A stretch of DNA of 64,000 nt, from the NCBI GenBank assembly GCA_000992345.1, contig LBUA01000001.1:13542-77541 (forward strand), in the 5' to 3' direction. The position numbers and the translations under genes are program-made. This document shows, piece by piece, positions 58,263 through 64,000 of this stretch (position 1 is the stretch's first letter; each line of letters begins with the position of its first letter). Origin of the DNA: Parcubacteria group bacterium GW2011_GWD2_38_12 (GTDB taxonomy: Bacteria; Patescibacteriota; Minisyncoccia; GWC2-36-17). The notes beneath the pieces are model-generated. The model worked only from the letters and a program-made list of their open reading frames with translations. It was not told where the DNA came from and searched no databases.

Positions 58263-58296
58263 AATGCGATGATTTACCGCCATCGCATTTTTTTGT
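58263..58296 (+). terminator. Strong rho-independent terminator 2 nt before the helicase start codon
   Basis: atgcgatg-atttaccgcc-atcgcat followed by ttttttt. Confidence 0.7.
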
Positions 58297-58297
58297 T

Positions 58298-59977
58298 ATG
58301 ATATGGGCTATGAAACAAAATACGGCTCTCAAAATTTTAAAAACGGGACGGAATGTGTATTTGACCGGTGCTCCAGGGAGCGGAAAGACGCATATTTTAA
58401 ACGAATATATAAACTATCTGAGAAATCACGGCATTTCTGTTGGCGTGACCGCTTCCACTGGTATCGCGGCGACGCACATTGGTGGCGTTACGATTCATTC
58501 TTGGTCCGGTATGGGAGTGAAAGATTTTTTATCCGACGATGATATCTCGTATATCGTGCATAAAAAATATTTGCAAAAGCGTTTTGATAAAACGCGAGTG
58601 CTTGTCATTGATGAAGTTTCAATGCTGAGCCCCAAGATACTCGACAATGTTGATCGGGTGTGTCGCGCGGCGAAAGGAAATCAAAATCCTTTTGGCGGAA
58701 TGCAAGTTGTGCTTTCCGGAGATTTTTTCCAATTGCCTCCGATTACGCAGGGTGGCTCTTCTGTGCAATTTGTAAATACTTCTCGCGCGTGGAAAGAAAT
58801 GGACATTCGCGTTTGTTATTTGGACGAGCAATTCAGGCACGAAGATAACACGCTGGAGGCGATATTAAATGAAATGCGCGGCGGATTTGTCTCGCAAAAA
58901 ACGCGGGATGTTTTGGCGAGCCAATGCGAGAAAAATTTTGCAAATGGTATAGCGCCGACGCGGCTCTATGCGCACAATATTGATGTGGATATTCTTAATG
59001 AGAGGGAACTTGCCAAATTGCCGGGCGAAGCGCAAGAATTTGAAATGCAAATAAAAGGCAAAGATATTCTTGTTAAATCATTGAAGAAAAGCATATTGGC
59101 GCCGGAATTTTTGAAATTAAAAAAAGACGCCGTAGTGATGTTTGTAAAAAATAATTTTGATGCGGGATATGTGAATGGCACCTTAGGGATTATTGATGGA
59201 TTTGATAATGATGGCGCGCCGATTGTACGTTTATTTTCCGACAAAAAAATTACCGTGTTACCGGTCCAGTGGGCTGTTGAAGAAGACGGTAAAATATTGG
59301 CGAGAGCAGAACAATTGCCGCTTCGCCTCGCGTGGGCGATTATTACCATCCACAAAAGCCAAGGGATGAGTATGGATGCGGCCGAAATTGATTTATCCAA
59401 GGCGTTTGTGCCCGGGCAAGGATATGTGGCATTGTCGCGCTTGCGAACGCTCGCCGGGCTTGTGCTTTTGGGGATGAACGAAATGGCATTTGCTGTGCAT
59501 CCGGAAGTCGCGACGCTTGATAGGAGTTTGCTTTTGAATTCGGAAAAATGGGAGCAGGAAATAGCGCAATTTGACAATGACAAACTCCGTATAATGCACA
59601 AAGATTTTATTTTGAAATTTGGTGGCACGACAGATGAAAAAGAAATAGCAAAAAATAAAAATAAAGAAAAAGAAAACAGTAAAGACCGCGTCTCTACCCA
59701 CGAGAAAACAAAAGAGTTTGTGAATTTGGGATTGTCTCTCGCTGAAATCGCGAGCGGCAGAGAGATGACTATAGGAACAATCATTTCTCATTTGGAAAAA
59801 CTCAAAGAGCTCGGAGTGGAAATGAATTTTGAAAAATTTAAACCCAATGAAAGCGATTTAAGAAAAATAAAAGAGGCGTTCGCGGCGACCGGCGACACAA
59901 AACTATCTCCCGTCCACCGCCTTCTTTGCGGAGAATATTCCTACGACGACATCCGCCTAGCGCGATTATTTTTATAA
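58298..59977 (+). CDS. Pif1/RecD-like superfamily-1 DNA helicase with a C-terminal HTH domain
   Basis: Walker A GAPGSGKTH, VIDEVSML, QLPPI, and C-terminal LAEIASGREMTIGTIISHL. Confidence 0.85.
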   Translation: MIWAMKQNTALKILKTGRNVYLTGAPGSGKTHILNEYINYLRNHGISVGVTASTGIAATHIGGVTIHSWSGMGVKDFLSDDDISYIVHKKYLQKRFDKTRVLVIDEVSMLSPKILDNVDRVCRAAKGNQNPFGGMQVVLSGDFFQLPPITQGGSSVQFVNTSRAWKEMDIRVCYLDEQFRHEDNTLEAILNEMRGGFVSQKTRDVLASQCEKNFANGIAPTRLYAHNIDVDILNERELAKLPGEAQEFEMQIKGKDILVKSLKKSILAPEFLKLKKDAVVMFVKNNFDAGYVNGTLGIIDGFDNDGAPIVRLFSDKKITVLPVQWAVEEDGKILARAEQLPLRLAWAIITIHKSQGMSMDAAEIDLSKAFVPGQGYVALSRLRTLAGLVLLGMNEMAFAVHPEVATLDRSLLLNSEKWEQEIAQFDNDKLRIMHKDFILKFGGTTDEKEIAKNKNKEKENSKDRVSTHEKTKEFVNLGLSLAEIASGREMTIGTIISHLEKLKELGVEMNFEKFKPNESDLRKIKEAFAATGDTKLSPVHRLLCGEYSYDDIRLARLFL

Positions 59978-59982
59978 AATCA

Positions 59983-60264
59983 ATGCCTTATTATGTTTAT
60001 ATTCTAGAATGCGCGGATGGGTCGCTCTATGTCGGATCCACAAATGATTTGGAAAAAAGATTACATCAGCACAACAATTCAAAATCCGGAGCCCATTATA
60101 CAAAAATGAGAAGACCGGTCGCTCTGAAGTATTCCGAGAAGTTGAAAAATCTCAGTGAGGCGCTCAAAAGAGAAATAGAGATTAAAAGATGGAAGAGAGA
60201 GAAGAAACTAAAATTAATTAAAAGTCATAAATTTACCGAAAAGGAAAAGAATGCTTTTTATTAA
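59983..60264 (+). CDS. GIY-YIG nuclease-domain protein (YhbQ/UPF0213-like, about 93 aa)
   Basis: YYVYILECADGSLYVGSTNDLEKRLHQHN ... E.K.W. Confidence 0.8.
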   Translation: MPYYVYILECADGSLYVGSTNDLEKRLHQHNNSKSGAHYTKMRRPVALKYSEKLKNLSEALKREIEIKRWKREKKLKLIKSHKFTEKEKNAFY

Positions 60265-60493
60265 TTTTATCTTTTTTATAGATAGTTGGTTTAATGCCTT
60301 TTGGTTTGGCGTAGGGAGTATATATCTTTGTTTTAGTTTCATCTTGCCAGACTTCTACAATATCTTTTTCATTTACTTTAGTGCCAAGCGGAGAGAGTTT
60401 CCCGTTGATATAGACTTGTTTATTTACAATGAGTTTATCCACTTCTCTCCGATTTGATTTATATCTCAACGCTAGATATTTATTGATTCGCAT
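60233..60493 (-). pseudogene. S4-domain fragment homologous to the N-terminus of the RsuA/RluB pseudouridine synthase at 51307-52017. Likely a truncated paralogue; its 3' end overlaps the GIY-YIG gene.
   Basis: MRINKYLALRYKSNRREVDKLIVNKQVYINGK...KIYTPYAKPKGI aligns with IRINKYLALHNLATRRGADDLIRRKNVFINGK...YSYIAYNKPRGV. The sequence stops before the catalytic Asp motif. Confidence 0.45.
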
Positions 60494-60548
60494 TGGGTAA
60501 GTTGGGTTTTCCATGGTGGAAATATAACAAATAATGCAAATTAAGCAA

Positions 60549-61826
60549 TTACCAAGTTCGATTTTTCAATTCATTGGTGGCGGCGGTGCCGGCGACAAAT
60601 CCGGTGGTCCAGCAGAGTTGGAGAGAGTAGCCGCCCGATGGCCGGTCAACATTCAAAATATCGCCGACCAGATATAAATTCGGATAAAGTCGCGAGCTCA
60701 TAGTTTTAAAATCCACTTCTTCGAGCGTCACGCCGCCGCTTGTGATAATCGCTTTTTCAACTCCCAAAAGTCCTGATACTTGCATTGGCATATCTTTTAT
60801 AATTTTACCCAGTCGAAGGCGTTCCTCGCGGTGAATGCTATGGCAAAATGTTTCCGGATTGATGCCGGACATTTTTATAACTATAGGCACGAGTGTTGAT
60901 GGCAATAAATTGCCAAGACAATTTTTCAATTGTTTGTTGCTTTGTTTGGTGAATAATTCTTGAATAGTTAAATCCAGTTTACCGTGGTCAAAATGAGGAA
61001 ATAAATCCAGCAACAAAGAAACATCCCCATATTTGAGAAGTTCGCCGATGTCTTTGCTCATATTTAAAATTGCCGGTCCGCTTAGACCAAAATGTGTGAA
61101 AAGGATTTTACCCGTGCGCATTTCTTGTTTTTGGCCGAATTGAAGAACTTTTATTCTGACATTAGGCAAACTTAATCCTGATAGTTGTTTGACCCAATCA
61201 TCTTTTATGGCGATTGGCACAAGCGCCGCGCTTGGTTTTATTATTTTATGGCCGAATTCTTTAAGCCAGACAAACCCATCGCCGGTCGAGCCAGTGTCGG
61301 GACGCGATTTACCTCCTGTTGCCAGAATAAATGACCGCGCTTTTATTTTTTTCCCATTTTTAAGCTTGACCGCTTCTATGGCATATTTATCGTGAATGAT
61401 ATTTACGACAGGGGAGTCAGAGAGAATATTGACACCGCCATTTTTCATATATTGAACAAGGACATCCCAGACAGATTCTGCTTTATCGCTCATAGGAAAA
61501 ACGCGATTTTCTTCTTCTATTTTTGTCGGCATATTTTTGGAATGAAAAAAATACAGCGTTTCCTTGACGCCAAATTGCGAGAAAGTTGAAAAAAGAAATT
61601 TATCGCCTTCTTTGAATTTGGCGAGAAATTTTCTCGTGTCAAATTCAGCATTTGTGAGATTGCACCGACCTCCACCAGTGAGAAGGAGTTTTTCCCCAAG
61701 GGATTCGTTTTTCTCAATAAGTATGACTTTTGCTCCTAGCTCAGCGGCTCGTCCGGCCGCCATCATTCCCGCCGGTCCTCCGCCTATGATTGCTATATCC
61801 CAGATTGTTTGATTGCGCGCATCCAT
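60549..61826 (-). CDS. HI0933/YhiN-family FAD-dependent flavoprotein (aminoacetone oxidase-like)
   Basis: N-terminal Rossmann IIGGGPAGMMAAGRAA, and TGGGRCNLTN. Confidence 0.85.
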   Translation of the reverse strand: MDARNQTIWDIAIIGGGPAGMMAAGRAAELGAKVILIEKNESLGEKLLLTGGGRCNLTNAEFDTRKFLAKFKEGDKFLFSTFSQFGVKETLYFFHSKNMPTKIEEENRVFPMSDKAESVWDVLVQYMKNGGVNILSDSPVVNIIHDKYAIEAVKLKNGKKIKARSFILATGGKSRPDTGSTGDGFVWLKEFGHKIIKPSAALVPIAIKDDWVKQLSGLSLPNVRIKVLQFGQKQEMRTGKILFTHFGLSGPAILNMSKDIGELLKYGDVSLLLDLFPHFDHGKLDLTIQELFTKQSNKQLKNCLGNLLPSTLVPIVIKMSGINPETFCHSIHREERLRLGKIIKDMPMQVSGLLGVEKAIITSGGVTLEEVDFKTMSSRLYPNLYLVGDILNVDRPSGGYSLQLCWTTGFVAGTAATNELKNRTW

Positions 61827-61917
61827 TGTTTTTATCCTAAGTTTAATTACAAGACTTGTCTATGGCAAATAAGAAGCGCCGAGGTTGAACCTTTGGCACT
61901 GTTTAGGATTTTAATAG

Positions 61918-61952
61918 AAAAGCACGCCCCCGCTTCGCGGGGGCGTGCTTTT
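61918..61952. terminator. GC-rich hairpin (aaagcacgccccc-GCTTCGC-gggggcgtgcttttt) in the divergent spacer between the flavoprotein gene and rnr
   Basis: 13-bp stem, with A-run and T-run flanks. The motif is the complement of the GCGAAGC mini-hairpin seen in the Family-1 repeats. Confidence 0.6.
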
Positions 61953-61980
61953 TAGATAAAGAAGTGATAGAGTGATATTT

Positions 61981-64000
61981 ATGAAAAACGAAAATAAACA
62001 ATCAAAAATGATGGGGATTTCAAGCGATGCCACGCTTCGTGCATCGCTTGAGATTCCGTCGCTCGCCCCGGATGAAAGCAAGCTTTCGCCTGCGGGCTCG
62101 CTAGGAATTATAAGCATAACTTCAATGGGTATCGGATATGTGACGGTGGCTGGTTTTGACGAGGATATCCAAATACAACCCCAATTTTTAAATACTGCCT
62201 TACATGGCGATGAAGTGGATATTGTTTTGTTTCCAAAAGTAGAAGGCGAGAAGTTAAGTGGCGAAGTGGAAGGAATATTAAAAAGAGCAAGGATGGAATT
62301 TGTGGGGACGATAGACAGAAAAGAAGGAAATAATTTTTGTTTTATAAAGCCCGATGACAAGCGGATGTATATGGATATTTTTGTCCCTTCAGCTCAAACC
62401 AAAAAACTTCAAAATGGCTACAAGGCTTTAGTAAAAATAAAAAAATGGGATAATTCCAAGAAAAATCCGGAAGGCGAGATAGTAAAAATACTTGGTAAAA
62501 AAGGTGATAACGATACGGAAATGGAATCCATAATCGTAGAAAAAGGATTCCAATCCGAATTTCCTCCGAAGGTTGAGAAAGAAGCGGAGGCGCTGAAAAA
62601 AAAATCCAAACCAATTCCCCAAAAGGATATAGATGAAAGAAGAAATTTTAGAAATATCACAACATTCACGATTGACCCCGAAGACGCAAAAGATTTTGAC
62701 GACGCCATTTCTTTCAGAGAAATTTCTGATGGTTTATTTGAGATAGGGGTGCATATTGCCGATGTTTCGCATTATGTGAGAGAAAACACGGAGCTCGACA
62801 AAGAAGCGATTCATCGCGGAGTTTCCATATATTTAGTTGATAGAACCATACCAATGTTGCCGGAAGTTTTGTCTAACGATATTTGCAGTTTGAATCCTCG
62901 CGAGGACAAACTGACTTTTTCGGCGGTTTTGACGATGTCGGCAAATGGCGACATAACAAATGTTTGGCTTGGCAGAACGGTGATAAATTCCGATAAAAGA
63001 TTTACCTACGAAGAAGCTCAGAAGGTTTTGGATGAGAAATCCGGATTTTATTGCGACGAACTTGCTAATTTAAACAAGATAGCCAAAATATTCAAAGGCA
63101 AAAGAATGGCGATGGGTGCGATAGATTTTGAAAAAGAAGAGGTGAAATTTAAACTTGATGCCAAAGGCAAGCCGATAGATATTATTGAAAAGCCGCGACT
63201 TGATGCCCATAAATTGGTTGAGGAATTTATGATTTTGGCGAACAAAAAAGTTGCCACGTATCTTAGCGAGGAAGTAAAAAAAATCAATAAAGGAGCTTCT
63301 ATCTATCGTATCCATGATGTTCCCAAAAAAGAGGCAATGGATGAACTTTTGGTTTTTCTGAGAATGTTGGGACATGAAATAGAAATGAAGGGCGAACATA
63401 TTTCATCCAAAGAATTGAATAAACTTTTTGAAAAGCTCAAGGGAAAACCAGAGGAGTCGCTGGTAAAGACCGCCGCAATGCGATCAATGGCAAAAGCGAT
63501 TTATTCCATGAGAAACATCGGGCATTATGGATTGGCGCTGGAAAATTACACACATTTTACTTCGCCGATCAGAAGGTATGCGGATTTATTGGTGCATCGT
63601 ATTTTAGCAAAACATTTGGCGGGAGAAAGTTTGAGCGCCGAAGAAGTCGCATGGCATCACAATCTCGCGATGAGTTTGTCGCGCAGAGAAGTTGACGCAG
63701 TGGAAGCCGAAAGGTCATCAATTGCTTATAAGCAAACAGAATATATGCTTGAAAGAATAGGGCAAACATATACAGGAGTAATCAATGGCATAACCAATTG
63801 GGGTATATATGTGGAAGAATCCCATACGAAATCCAGCGGTATGGTGAAACTCAAAGATATGAAAGATGATTTTTATGTTTTAAACAAGGAAACCTATTCT
63901 CTTGTTGGCCAGAGAACCAAGAAGAAATATTCTGTTGGCGACAAAGTGAAAATTAAAGTCGTTGCCGGCGATTTGGAAAGAAAAACGATAGATTATAAAT
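61981..64000 (+). CDS. rnr: Ribonuclease R (RNB family 3'-5' exoribonuclease). The 3' end runs off the window.
   Basis: OB/cold-shock N-terminus, RNB motifs TIDPEDAKDFDDA, IGVHIADVSHYV, YLVDRTIPMLP, HYGLAL...YTHFTSPIRRYADLLVHR, and a C-terminal S1 domain beginning (KVKIKVVAGD). Confidence 0.9.
   Translation, partial: MKNENKQSKMMGISSDATLRASLEIPSLAPDESKLSPAGSLGIISITSMGIGYVTVAGFDEDIQIQPQFLNTALHGDEVDIVLFPKVEGEKLSGEVEGILKRARMEFVGTIDRKEGNNFCFIKPDDKRMYMDIFVPSAQTKKLQNGYKALVKIKKWDNSKKNPEGEIVKILGKKGDNDTEMESIIVEKGFQSEFPPKVEKEAEALKKKSKPIPQKDIDERRNFRNITTFTIDPEDAKDFDDAISFREISDGLFEIGVHIADVSHYVRENTELDKEAIHRGVSIYLVDRTIPMLPEVLSNDICSLNPREDKLTFSAVLTMSANGDITNVWLGRTVINSDKRFTYEEAQKVLDEKSGFYCDELANLNKIAKIFKGKRMAMGAIDFEKEEVKFKLDAKGKPIDIIEKPRLDAHKLVEEFMILANKKVATYLSEEVKKINKGASIYRIHDVPKKEAMDELLVFLRMLGHEIEMKGEHISSKELNKLFEKLKGKPEESLVKTAAMRSMAKAIYSMRNIGHYGLALENYTHFTSPIRRYADLLVHRILAKHLAGESLSAEEVAWHHNLAMSLSRREVDAVEAERSSIAYKQTEYMLERIGQTYTGVINGITNWGIYVEESHTKSSGMVKLKDMKDDFYVLNKETYSLVGQRTKKKYSVGDKVKIKVVAGDLERKTIDYK

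Noticed and set aside
58298-60264. Pif1-like helicase + GIY-YIG + NYN as a known anti-phage defence system (Hachiman/Gabija-like)
   Set aside because: Domain combination and order do not match described systems. The GIY-YIG is the ubiquitous small YhbQ-type. Pif1/RecD-like helicases with C-terminal HTH are common housekeeping genes. Strong terminators separate the genes.

Overview
This 64-kb window is low-GC bacterial chromosome with a reduced, housekeeping-dominated gene set. Gene content and organisation look like a CPR/Patescibacteria-type genome: many aaRS and cell-envelope genes, frequent TTG/GTG starts, a tRNA-Gln without encoded CCA, and strong GC-rich hairpin terminators in AT-rich spacers. 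No rRNA, CRISPR array, integrase or transposase is visible.

Main coding content, in order:
- Efflux and copper: a MacAB-like efflux operon (membrane fusion protein, an ABC ATPase with an N-terminal YHS-like zinc ribbon, FtsX-like permease) next to a Cu P1B-type ATPase.
- Housekeeping, first half: a 3D-domain cell-wall protein, a KH-domain protein with trmD, pyrG, pheS and pheT, gyrB, mpg, a TauE-family permease, murA, mreB, a GT4 glycosyltransferase, holB, a BNR-repeat propeller protein, frr, rseP and proS.
- Cell-shape and translation genes: a second mreB that carries a frameshift, then mreC, mreD and PBP2, then greA, lysS, a Cas4-like PD-(D/E)XK nuclease, serS and an FtsQ-like protein.
- Minus-strand glycosylation locus: an APH-type kinase, a GT4 enzyme and two GT-C membrane glycosyltransferases. 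On the plus strand beside it sit a TraD/VirD4-like membrane ATPase and a GtrA-like protein.
- Downstream: dnaX, tRNA-Gln(UUG) followed by an AT-rich two-gene islet, an RsuA/RluB pseudouridine synthase, a DEAD-box helicase with a structured leader, and an ABC-F ATPase.
- Window end: an AT-rich cassette of six small orphan ORFs plus an NYN nuclease, a Pif1-like helicase, a GIY-YIG protein, an S4-domain gene fragment, a HI0933-type flavoprotein and the 5' part of RNase R.

Unusual findings:
1. A complete NlpC/P60 papain-like peptidase domain is inserted inside the B5 domain of PheT.
2. A highly structured 120-165 bp repeat element occurs three times. Two copies end exactly at the ATG of unrelated genes.
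3. A second 50-60 bp repeat family flanks two of those same loci.
4. Heptanucleotide tandem repeats are spliced in-frame into essential genes (trmD, pheS, pheT, dnaX, mpg, rseP, gyrB) and also litter intergenic and promoter regions.
5. CATGAA/TTCATG-flanked GC palindromes recur upstream of several genes.
6. Two AT-rich orphan-gene islets look like the most likely horizontally acquired, uncharacterised cargo.
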